From Myxococcota bacterium (GTDB lineage Bacteria; Myxococcota_A; UBA9042; PHBI01; JAWLBL01), in contig JAWLBL010000003.1 of NCBI GenBank assembly GCA_041687695.1, forward strand, positions 279,660-343,659: a DNA stretch of 64,000 bases. The letters are read 5' to 3'. This document shows positions 11,028-20,300 of the stretch, piece after piece (within the stretch, counting starts at the first letter, position 1; the number at the start of each line of letters is the position of its first letter). The notes beneath the pieces are model-generated. The model did not search any database, was not told the DNA's origin, and was given only the letters and a program-made list of their open reading frames with translations. Made by a program: the position numbers and the translations under genes.

Positions 11028-13244
11028 ATGATTGAGCTTCAAGCGGCACCGGCCCCCGCCGCCTCGACCGAGCCGACCGTCCGGGACATCCTGCAGCTGC
11101 TGCGGACCTACCACCCGCACGCGGACCTGAACCTGGTCCAGCGGGCGTTCGTGTTCGCCGAGCAGCACCACCGGCCGCAGCACCGCAAGAGCGGCGACCC
11201 GTACATCGGGCACCCGGTGGCGGTGGCGCACATCCTGTGTGGCATGAAGCTGGACGTGGCGTCGATCTGCGCGGCGCTGCTGCACGACACGGTCGAGGAC
11301 ACGCCGGCGACGCTGGACGACCTGAAGAACGTGTTCTCGGACGAGATCGCCGAGCTGGTCGACGGCGTGACCAAGCTGTCGAAGATCCGGTTCCGGTCGA
11401 GCGAGGAGAAGCAGGCCGAGAACTTCCGCAAGATGCTCATCGCGATGAGCCGGGACATCCGGGTCATCCTGGTCAAGCTGGCCGACCGCGTGCACAACAT
11501 GCGGACCCTGGGCCATCTGCCCGAGAAGAAGGCGGCGGGCATCGCGCGCGAGACGATGGACATCTTCGCGCCCCTGGCGAACCGGCTGGGGCTGGGCGCC
11601 ATCAAGATGGAGCTCGAGGACCTCTCGTTCCGCTACCTGCACCCCGAGGAGTTCGCCGAGCTGCGCGACAAGGTCGCCTCGCGGCTCAACGAGCGGCGCG
11701 ACTACATCGAGCGCGTGGTCGAGGATCTGCGCGGGACGCTCGAGGGCGAGGGCATCGAGGTCGAGGTCACCGGGCGCCCCAAGCACTTCTGGTCCATCCA
11801 CAGGAAGATGCAGAACCAGCGGGTCGCCTTCGAGAAGATCTACGACATCATGGCCTTCCGGGTCATCGTGGCCAAGCAGTCGCAGTGCTACCACGCGCTG
11901 GGCATCATCCACGAGCGCTGGCGGCCGGTGCCGGGGCGGTTCAAGGACTACATCGCGCTGCCCAAGCCGAACAAGTACCAGAGCCTGCACACGACGGTCA
12001 TCGGGCCCGAGGGGCAGCAGATCGAGGTGCAGATCCGGACCGAGGCCATGCACCGCGTGGCCGAGGGCGGCATCGCGGCGCACTGGCGCTACAAAGAGGG
12101 CAGCCGGCGCATCGAGCCCAAGGACGAAGAGCGCTTCGAGTGGCTCAAGCGCCTGATGGAGTGGCAGCAGGAGCTGGACGACCCCTCCGAGTTCCTCGAG
12201 TCGGTCAAGGTCGAGCTGTTCGCCGACGAGGTCTACACCTTCACGCCGCGCGGCGAGCTGAAGGTCCTGCCCCGCGGCTCGACCCCCATCGACTTCGCCT
12301 ACGCCATCCACTCCGAGGTGGGCAACACCTGCAGCGGCGCCATCGTCAACGGCTCCATCGTCCCGCTCAACACGCGCCTGCACAACGGCGACACGGTCGA
12401 GATCATCACGAGCCGCAACCAGCACCCCTCCAAGGACTGGCTGAAGTTCGTCCAGACCAACCGCGCCAGGAACCGCATCAAGGCCATCGTCCGCAAAGAG
12501 CAGCGCGAGCGCTCCATGGAGCTCGGCGAGCAGCTGCTCGACAAGGAGCTGCGCCGCTACTCGCGCTCCCTCGCCCGCGTCCGCAAGACGCCCGAGTTCA
12601 AGGAGTGCGCCACCCAGCACGGCTTCGACGACCCCGAGGAGCTCATCGTCCAGGTCGGCGCGGGTAACCTCACCGCCGAGACCATCGTCTCCTCCGTCCT
12701 GCCGCCCGACAAGACCGCCAAGCCCAAGCCGGTCCAGCCGGCGCCCGGCAACCCCATCACCCGCTTCATCCGTCGCGTCACCGGCGCCCCCTCCGGCGTC
12801 GTCGTCGACGGCCTCGACGGCGTCAAGCACACCATCGCCAAGTGCTGCTCGCCGGTCCCGGGCGAGCCCATCACCGGCTTCGTCACCCCCGGCCACGTCA
12901 TCTCGGTCCACCGCCGCGGCTGCCTAAACACCCTGGACATGGCGCCCGAGCGCCAGGTCGAGGTCCGCTGGGGCGAGGGCAACCAGGGCTATCCCGTCTG
13001 CCTGAGGGTCGTCACCGAGACCGGCGTCCCGGGCATCCTGACCCGGATGACCAAGGTCTTCAGCGATCTCCGCATCAACATCGACATGGCCAACTGCGCC
13101 GAGGCCACCGACGGCCGCGCCGTGAACGTCTTCCGCTTCCACGCCAAGCACCTGGACGAGCTCAACCAGGTCGTCCGGCGCCTGGGGGCCCTCAAGGGCG
13201 TCTTCACGGTGGAGCGTGTGAGGGACGAGGCGCAGGTTCACTAG
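11028..13244 (+). CDS. rel: Bifunctional (p)ppGpp synthetase/hydrolase (Rel/SpoT)
   Basis: Intact HD hydrolase motifs (RKSGDPYIGH, LHDTVED, ADRVHNMRT), synthetase RFKDY (RxKD) and YQSLHT, TGS domain (TPIDFAYAIH), CC zinc-finger region and C-terminal ACT domain. Alternative start at 11022. Confidence 0.95.
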   Translation: MIELQAAPAPAASTEPTVRDILQLLRTYHPHADLNLVQRAFVFAEQHHRPQHRKSGDPYIGHPVAVAHILCGMKLDVASICAALLHDTVEDTPATLDDLKNVFSDEIAELVDGVTKLSKIRFRSSEEKQAENFRKMLIAMSRDIRVILVKLADRVHNMRTLGHLPEKKAAGIARETMDIFAPLANRLGLGAIKMELEDLSFRYLHPEEFAELRDKVASRLNERRDYIERVVEDLRGTLEGEGIEVEVTGRPKHFWSIHRKMQNQRVAFEKIYDIMAFRVIVAKQSQCYHALGIIHERWRPVPGRFKDYIALPKPNKYQSLHTTVIGPEGQQIEVQIRTEAMHRVAEGGIAAHWRYKEGSRRIEPKDEERFEWLKRLMEWQQELDDPSEFLESVKVELFADEVYTFTPRGELKVLPRGSTPIDFAYAIHSEVGNTCSGAIVNGSIVPLNTRLHNGDTVEIITSRNQHPSKDWLKFVQTNRARNRIKAIVRKEQRERSMELGEQLLDKELRRYSRSLARVRKTPEFKECATQHGFDDPEELIVQVGAGNLTAETIVSSVLPPDKTAKPKPVQPAPGNPITRFIRRVTGAPSGVVVDGLDGVKHTIAKCCSPVPGEPITGFVTPGHVISVHRRGCLNTLDMAPERQVEVRWGEGNQGYPVCLRVVTETGVPGILTRMTKVFSDLRINIDMANCAEATDGRAVNVFRFHAKHLDELNQVVRRLGALKGVFTVERVRDEAQVH

Positions 13245-13331
13245 ACGGGCGGTGGCAGGGGTGGTCGGGAGGGGCAGACGCTCTGGCTTGGGGGGGTGGG
13301 TGTGGGGGGCGTGGGGGAGGTGGCCAAGGAT

Positions 13332-13504
13332 GCGGGACGCGGTTGAGGGAGAGTCGCGGTAGCCTCCGCTCCGGGCGGCCTCAAGGGCTTTGTCCCCCTT
13401 GGCCGGTCTGCACGGGGGGCGGCGGCGGGACGCGGGACGCGGTTGAGGGAGAGTCGCGGTAGCCTCCGCTCCGGGCGGCCTCAAGGGCTTTGTCCCCCTT
13501 GGCC
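13332..13504. repeat. 73-bp direct duplication with 100-bp period (partial extra copy of the hairpin element end)
   Basis: GCGGGACGCGGTTGAGGGAGAGTCGCGGTAGCCTCCGCT...TGTCCCCCTTGGCC occurs at 13332-13404 and 13432-13504. Confidence 0.9.
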
Positions 13505-13770
13505 CGCCCTGCGGGCGGTCCAATTCCTCGCGGACGACAAAGCCCTTGACCCCGCCCTCCGCTGCGGCTGGGCAGGCCAACATCGGCCCGGAACGGGGCG
13601 TTCCGGGCCGCGGAGCGTCCCGTCCGTCCGCGGGCGGTCGCTGGGCGCCAGGCGGGTCACTGGCGCGGACTTCGGCCGGCCTCACGCTCCAGCGGTCATC
13701 CGCACTCCCGATGAGAACTAAACGCATGGCTAATTAATCGTCCCGGGACGGAAACCAGAACCTGAGTTCG
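13453..13770 (-). repeat. ~320-bp composite repeat unit, copy 1 (inverted, most diverged)
   Basis: Reverse complement matches copies 2-4 at both ends: palindrome plus AT-rich site at 13715-13770, hairpins at 13461-13610. The middle is diverged. Confidence 0.85.
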
Positions 13771-13832
13771 GCTTTCCGCCCGGGACGACGAGCGCCGGGT
13801 CGGAGCCGGCCTCCGCGTCGCGTAATCGCACC

Positions 13833-14178
13833 GGGGCGGAAGCGCGAACCTGGATTCTGCTTTCCGTCCCGGGACGACGGCGGGCTGGTCGCCAGGTTTC
13901 CGCCCCGGGGCGGAAACGCGAACCTGGATTCTGCTTTCCGTCCCGGGACGACGGCGCGCCTGGTCGCCAGGTCACCGTCCCGGGGGCGGAAGCGCGAACC
14001 TGGATTCTGCTTTCCGTCCCGGGACGACGGCGGGCTGGTCGCCAGGTTTCCGCCCCGGGGCGGAAACGCGAACCTGGATTCTGCTTTCCGTCCCGGGACG
14101 ACGGCGCGCCTGGTCGCCAGGTCACCGTCCCGGGGGCGGAAACGCGAACCTGGATTCTGCTTTCCGTCCCGGGACGAC
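13833..14178. repeat. Tandem array of alternating 74- and 76-bp units (150-bp period) built from CCCGGG-centred palindromes
   Basis: CGCGAACCTGGATTCTGCTTTCCGTCCCGGGACGAC occurs 5 times. Perfect 20-bp palindrome TTTCCGCCCCGGGGCGGAAA at 13897 and 14047. Confidence 0.95.
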
Positions 14179-14470
14179 TAACTATGTGATCGTTTAATTC
14201 CGTCATGGATGGCTCCCGCTTCAGGCGCTCCGGCCCATCCTGCCGACCAGCGACCCCATCTCCGCACCGGCGATCTACCTTGCACCCAGGCCACGCAGCG
14301 CGACCGGGACGCGCAAGCGGCCCGGACGGCCCCCGTCCGGGCCGATGTTGGCCACCCAGCCGCAGCGGAGGCCGGGGTCAAGGGCTTTGTCGTCCGCGAG
14401 GAATTGGCCGGCCGCAGGTCGGCCAAGGGGGACAAAGCCCTTGAGGCCGGCCGGAGCGAAGGCTACCCGC
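14136..14470 (+). repeat. ~330-bp composite repeat unit, copy 2
   Basis: Palindrome, then GACTAACTA-N6-CGTTTAATTC, then CCTGCCGACCAGCGACCCCATCTCCGCACCGG, a small hairpin, and the 107-nt hairpin at 14358-14464. Confidence 0.9.
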
Positions 14471-14634
14471 TACCATCCCTGTCGCCCAAGGCCCGTTCTC
14501 TGTCCCGGGACGACGGCGCGCGCCTGGTCGCCAGGTCACCGTCCCGGGGCGGAAACGAGATCCAGCATTCCAGTTTCCGTCCCGGGACGACGCGCGCCGG
14601 GTCGAGCCGGCCCCTGTCGCGTTTCCGCCCCGAG

Positions 14635-14972
14635 GCGGAAACGCGAACCTGCATTCTGCTTTCCGTCCCGGGACGACTAACTATGCGCTCGTTTAATTCC
14701 TTGAGAGATGGCTCCCGCTCCAGACGCCCCGGCCCATCCTGCCGACCAGCGACCCCATCTCCGCACCGGCCACGCTGCTTGCACCCGTGGCCATGCAGCG
14801 CGACCGGGACGCGTAAGCGGCCCGGACGGCCCCGTCCGGGCCGATGTTAGCTTCCCAGCCGCAGCGGAGGACGGGGTCAAGGGCTTTGTCGTCCGCGAGG
14901 AATTGGCCGGCCGCAGGTCGGCCAAGGGGGACAAAGCCCTCGAGGCCGGCCGAAGCGGAGGCTAGCTGCGAC
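14635..14972 (+). repeat. ~330-bp composite repeat unit, copy 3
   Basis: Same order of motifs as copy 2; large hairpin at 14857-14963. Confidence 0.9.
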
Positions 14973-15060
14973 CCAACCCAATGCTAATGTCCGCGGGCGA
15001 CGCCGCGCCCGTTCGCCAGGTCTCCGCCCCGGGGCGGGGCGCCAGGTCTCCGCCCCGGGA

Positions 15061-15393
15061 CGGAAACGCGAACCTGAATTCTGCTTTCCGTCCCGGGACG
15101 ACTAACTACGCACCCGTTTAATTCTGCGCATGGGTCTCGCTCCTGTTGCTTCGGCTCACCCTGCCGACCAGCGACCCCATCTCCGCACCGGCCACGCTGC
15201 TTGCACCCGTGGCCATGCAGCGCGACCGGGACGCGCAAGCGGCCCGGACGGCCAGTCCGGGCCGATGTTGGCCACCCAGCCGCAGCGAAGGCCGGGGTCA
15301 AGGGCTTTGTCGTCCGCGAGGAATTGGCCGGCCGCAGGTCGGCCAAGGGGGACAAAGCCCTCGAGGCCGGCCGGAGCGAAGGCTACCCGCGAC
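15061..15393 (+). repeat. ~330-bp composite repeat unit, copy 4
   Basis: Same order of motifs as copy 2; large hairpin at 15278-15384. Confidence 0.9.
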
Positions 15394-15490
15394 CATCCTT
15401 GTCGCCCTGAAGGTGGAGCGTCGCCCCGGGGAGGGGGCCCGCGAACCGCAGCGCCCGAGACCGCTCATGTCGACCGCGCCACCCACAACC

Positions 15491-15533
15491 CACAAACACG
15501 AAAGCCCCACCTGGTCACCCAGGCGGGGCTCTC
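15491..15533 (-). terminator. Probable Rho-independent terminator of the glyQS-ppdK-lipoprotein gene run
   Basis: Minus strand reads GAGAGCCCCGCCTGG-GTGA-CCAGGTGGGGCTTTC followed by GTGTTTGT, 22 nt after the stop at 15555. Confidence 0.7.
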
Positions 15534-15554
15534 GCAGCTCGTCAGCGCCGCGAC

Positions 15555-17288
15555 TCAGTCGGCCTGGGCCGCCGCGTCCTCGTCGGCCGCCGCGTCCTCG
15601 GTCGCCGTGTCTTCGGTCGCCACGTCGTCGCCGGTCGTGGCGTCGTCGCCGGTCGTGGCGTCGTCGCCGGGGCCGGCGTCATCCATCACCTCGGGCTCGG
15701 GGCCGACGTCGGTGGTGACCGCGTCGTCCTCGACCACGTCGGTGGTCCCGGCGTCCTCGTCGGTCAGCTCGGGGTCGGGATCGGCGGGGCCGGCGTCCTC
15801 GATGAGGTCGGCGAGCGAGCGCGGGGCGATGCGGTACTGCTCGAAGTTGTAGCGGACGACGCCGATGATGGCGTCCCAGTGCTGGCCGACCTCCGGCTTG
15901 GTCAGGGCGGTCGTGCCCAGGATGGAGCGGTCCATCAGCAGGCCGCCGGTGAAGGTGACGTAGCCGTTGTTGTCCCAGGCATTGTTCGAGGCGACGGTCA
16001 GGTCGGTGACCTCGACCAGCATGCCCTCCCAGAGCTCGGCCTCGGCCGTCAGCTCGTCCTCGGTCAGCAGGACCGGGGTGGGCACGTCGGCCTCGCCGAT
16101 GGCCTGGATGCTGGTCGCCTTGACCTGGGTCATGCAGTAGAACTCGGTGTGGTCACCGGTCAGCTTGACGACCTGGCCCAGCTGGAAGTTCGTGTTCTTG
16201 CTCTTGTCGACGACGACGTTGATGCCGCTGTAGGGCTCCTGCGAGCCGTCGGCGATGTAGTAGCCGTGCAGGTTGGCCGCGGCGCTGAACTGGCCGACGG
16301 TGACCACGCCCTGGAGCTGGGCGCCCTTGGTGAAGTTCTGGATCTGCTGGACCGTGCAGTCCTTGCTCTCGGGGCTGCCCTGGATGGCGACGATGCCCGA
16401 GGCGGTCGGGTCCGCGTCGGTCGTGCCGCCGTCGGTCTCTTCGCCCGCGTCGGGGCCCGGGCCGCCGCCGACCAGGACCACGTCGTCGGCGCTGGGCGGG
16501 TTGAGGCGGTACTTGTCGAACGAGAAGGCCATGAACCCGGTCAGCTCGTAGGTCTTGCCGACCTCCATGCTGAGGAAGAAGTCGAACTGGTGCGCGACGA
16601 CGAAGCCGCCCTGCGTGAGGTAGGTCCCGCCGCCGGCCGCCTCGACGACCTTGTCGGTCGTGTGCAGGAACATGCCCTCGTAGGCCTCGCTGGCCACGTG
16701 CTGGGGCGCCACCGTCAGCGGGGCCGGGACCTCGGCCGTGCCGGTCTTGGTCCAGCCGTCGAGGTCGAGCTGCGTCTGGCAGTAGTACTCCTCGAGCTCG
16801 CCCTGCAGATCCATGACGTCGCCGGGCTGGAAGTCGGTCGCCTCGGAGCGCGGCACGACCACGGCCAAGCCCGAGAACAGCCCGCCGTCGGGGTCGGCGA
16901 CGTAGTAGCCGTCGAGCGCGGTGCCGGTGTCGCCCGAGGGCGTGTAGGCGTCGAACTTCGGGCTGACGACGACCACGCCCGACAGGCTGACGCTGTCGAG
17001 CACGGTGACGAAGTTGCTCGCCGTGCAGTCGACCTTCTCGGCCTCGAGCTGGGCGTACTTGACGGTGCCGACCGGCGCCTCGTAGCCGTCGGGCAGGGTC
17101 GGGGCGTCGCCCTCGTCCGTGTCCGTGAGCGTGCCGTCGGGGCCGCTGGTCTGGTCCCCGCCAGCGTCGGTCACCGTGGTGTCCTTGATGGCGTCGAAGT
17201 CTTTGACCGGGGTGTTCGTGCCGCTATCGGTGCAGGCGACGAGGAGGGCGCTCAGGGCGAGCGAGGAGGCGGCGCTTCGGAGGGTCAT
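15555..17288 (-). CDS. Lipoprotein with two tandem OB-fold-like modules (similar to the non-catalytic N-terminal region of ExeM/YhcR-type nucleases) and an acidic tail
   Basis: Start MTLRSAASS with lipobox LLVAC. Internal duplication GVV..GYY.AD....SG..VVV......FQ.G.V..L.G...E.YC.TQ....P.P....E..EGM. C-terminal DDATTG repeats. Confidence 0.7.
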   Translation of the reverse strand: MTLRSAASSLALSALLVACTDSGTNTPVKDFDAIKDTTVTDAGGDQTSGPDGTLTDTDEGDAPTLPDGYEAPVGTVKYAQLEAEKVDCTASNFVTVLDSVSLSGVVVVSPKFDAYTPSGDTGTALDGYYVADPDGGLFSGLAVVVPRSEATDFQPGDVMDLQGELEEYYCQTQLDLDGWTKTGTAEVPAPLTVAPQHVASEAYEGMFLHTTDKVVEAAGGGTYLTQGGFVVAHQFDFFLSMEVGKTYELTGFMAFSFDKYRLNPPSADDVVLVGGGPGPDAGEETDGGTTDADPTASGIVAIQGSPESKDCTVQQIQNFTKGAQLQGVVTVGQFSAAANLHGYYIADGSQEPYSGINVVVDKSKNTNFQLGQVVKLTGDHTEFYCMTQVKATSIQAIGEADVPTPVLLTEDELTAEAELWEGMLVEVTDLTVASNNAWDNNGYVTFTGGLLMDRSILGTTALTKPEVGQHWDAIIGVVRYNFEQYRIAPRSLADLIEDAGPADPDPELTDEDAGTTDVVEDDAVTTDVGPEPEVMDDAGPGDDATTGDDATTGDDVATEDTATEDAAADEDAAAQAD

Positions 17289-17310
17289 CGATGGCTCTTG
17301 GATCGGTGGG

Positions 17311-20300
17311 CTATTCGAAAGACGGTGTGAACGTGGCTCGCAGGCCGGTCGCGTCGAAGTCGAGCACGTTGACCCGGTTACCGGAAGTGTCCAATTGCAG
17401 CAACTGCCTTTCGAAGTCCAACGTCCCGAGGGTCGCCGCGATCCCCGTGCCGACCAGCCGAACGTCCGCCGGCTGCTCGGGGCCTGTGGTTTCGAAGGTC
17501 CACCGCGTGTCGCGCTGGGAAGGCGCGATGGTGACCTCGCCGTCATCCGTGATCTCGCAGCCGGGGAAGATCTCGGCCTCGAAGCTGAAGTTCTCGAAGC
17601 GGTCGTCGCCCTCGCCCAGGGCGTCCACGGCGTCGACCGTCAGCGCGGTGGTCGGGACCGGGCAGGCCGTGTAGGGCGCGGTCAGCGTCGACTCGGTGAT
17701 GCGGCCCTGGATGAGGGGCGAGGTGAACGCGAAGTTCGGGTCGCCGGGGGCGGCCGTGACGCAGGCCTCGGCGTCGGGATCCCAGCGGCGGCGGTGCAGG
17801 TAGCCCGAGCGCGAGCCGACCACCACCCAGGCGTCGGCGCCGCGCACCCCGTACAGCAGCCGGCGCGGCAGGTTGGCCGGCGTGAAGGCGTCGGTGGGGA
17901 TGAGGTTGTCGGGGCGGCCCAGGGTCAGCCGCAGCGCCTCGAGCGCGTCGCGGCAGGCCTGCAGGCTGACGCCGCTGGCGCGGATGGCGTCCTCGTCCAG
18001 GACGGGCTCGTTCGGGACCAGCCGGGCCGTGGCCGGGTCGACGGTCAGTCGGTCGAGGCCCACCGCCGTGATGCGCACCTCGACCTGGTTGACGGCGGCC
18101 GGTCGGACCACGCAGGCCTCGCCGTCGGCGGTCGTGATCTGCACGTCGCGCCGCAGCTCGGGCGCCAGCGTCTCGGGGGCCGCGGTCAGCACCAGCCAGT
18201 CGTTCTCTTGGACGCCGTGGGTGCAGAAGCGCTGGTTGGGCGCGAAGAACGTGGTGTCGTCCAGCATCCGGCCCAGGGCCGAGTCGGTCCCCGGCAGGAC
18301 CCCCTCGTAGGTGAGGGTCCAGGTCTCGGTCAGGACGCGCTCGAGGTCGGCGCGGTCGACGGTGTCGTCCTCGCCGGTCGGCGGGAAGAAGCCGAAGCGG
18401 CGGAACAGGTCCGGCAGCTCGCCGGTGGCCGTGGACAGGCGCTCTTCGAGCAGCGGGCCGGGGAAGGCGAAGCCCTCGGGCGGCGAGCCGCCGCGCAGCG
18501 TGACGTTGCGGCCGCGGAGCGTCAGGCGGGGGCGGCTGAGGCCGATGCGGCGCGCGGCCGGGTCGGTCACCCGGTCGGCGAAGCGGTGGAACGGGACGCC
18601 GCGGAAGACCGCACGGATGAGCTGGATGGCGCCGTCGAGGCGGGTGCCGAAGACGAACCAGGTGAAGTCGTCGCCCGGGGGCTGCCAGCACAGGCCCTGG
18701 TCGGTGCGGCCGGGCTCGCAGCCGGTCGGCGTGAAGGAGCCGTCGCCGAGGCCGAGCGGCAGCGCGGCCTGGTTGGTGCCGGGCTGGTCGGCGATGATGC
18801 GGGTCCAGAGCTGGCCGCGGACGCGGCTGGAGACGAGCGAGAGCAGGTTGGGCCCCGGCAGCTGCAGGTCGGTCACGCCCTGGAAGGCGAGCTGCGGCAA
18901 CGAGACGGCCTGCACGGCGGGCAGCGTGTCGACCGGCCCGGTCGGGGTGCCGTAGGGGACGAACGGGATGGCCGGGGCCGTGGCCTCGTGCAGCGGGACG
19001 TTGACGCGGGCGAAGCCTTCGCCGGCGCGCTCGAAGACGGCGATGCGGCGGCCGTTCTGGTCGAGCACGTAGACGAAGGTGCGGGCCTCGGCCAGCTCGG
19101 GGATGTCGGAGGTCGGCAGGGCCTCGGTCGCGACGACGGTCGGGATGAAGGGGCCGAAGGGACCGGGCTGCACCTCGAACAGGTCGCCGGCGCCGAAGCA
19201 GGCCGGGTCGTCGAGGTCGGTCAGGCCGTCGAGGTCGTTGTCGATGCCGTCGGCGCACTGGGGGACGGTCTCGCCGTCGGCGTCACCGGCGTCGCAGAGC
19301 GCGTCCTGGGAGTCGGTCCGCGCGTCGAGGTCGTTGTCGAGGCCGTCCTCGCACAGGTCGGCGCCACCGAAGAAGGCGGGGGGCTCGAGGGCGAGGTCGG
19401 CGTCCGCGCTGCGGCCGATGCCGCCCTCGTCGTCGTCGGCCGCGCCCCAGCAGCCGGGGTCGGCGCCGTCGGTGAGGCCGTCGCCGTCGTTGTCGAGCGT
19501 GTCGCTGCAGGCGGGCGCGATGCCGGCTTCGGCCAGCAGGGTGCCGTCGGGGGCCATGCGCGACAGGACCGGGCGGTCGACCCAGGTCACCAGCAGCTCG
19601 TCGCCGTCCGGGCCGGGCAGCGGGCGCAGGGCCTGGACGCGCGTCGGCGTGGGGATGCGCGTGAGCGGGGGCGCGGCGGGGTCGGCGGTCAGGTCGAAGG
19701 CCCACAGCTCGGGGCCGTTGGCCGAGGACACGTAGAGGGTGCCGGGGGCGTCGGTCGGGCCGAGGACGAGGGCGCCGGCGGGGAGGCCGGGCAGGTCGAA
19801 GCGGGTGGCCGACCAGTCGAAGAGACCCCGGTCGTTGTTGTCGAAGCCGTGGATGACGATGCGGGTGACCGCGCGCTCGCCGGCGGACACGACGTAGAAG
19901 GCGCTGGCGTCGGCGGCGCGCGCGATGGCGATCGGCGACTCGGCGACGGGGATGCCCGAGAAGCCCGGCACGAAGGCGCTGGCGTCGAGGACGCGGCGGG
20001 TGCCCGAGGCCGGGTTGAGCTGGATGACGACGACCTCGCTGGTGGCCTGGTTGACGACCAGGCCGAAGAGATCGCCCTGGGTGGTCGAGGTGCCCTGGGT
20101 CACCGGCGGGCAGCGGGTCGCGTCGTTGCGCGCCTCGGTGGTCTCGTCCAGCGGCGCGACGGGCAGGACCGTCTGACCCTCGCCCTCGCAGGCGTAGGCG
20201 AAGTCGACGGGGCGCGCGAAGGCCGAGGTGAGCGGAGGGATGGGCTCCTCGCAGCCGATCGCCAGCGCCGCGACGGCGGACGTGGTCAGGGCGAGGGCGA

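Noticed and set aside
13833..14178. CRISPR array
   Set aside because: The sequences between the palindromes are themselves repeated (two alternating types) rather than unique spacers, and there are no cas genes in the window.
13730..14206. 158-aa repetitive ORF, and the other short ORFs in 13245-15550
   Set aside because: These arise from the 150-bp period and high GC. There is no coding-like codon bias, and indels and stops differ between repeat copies.
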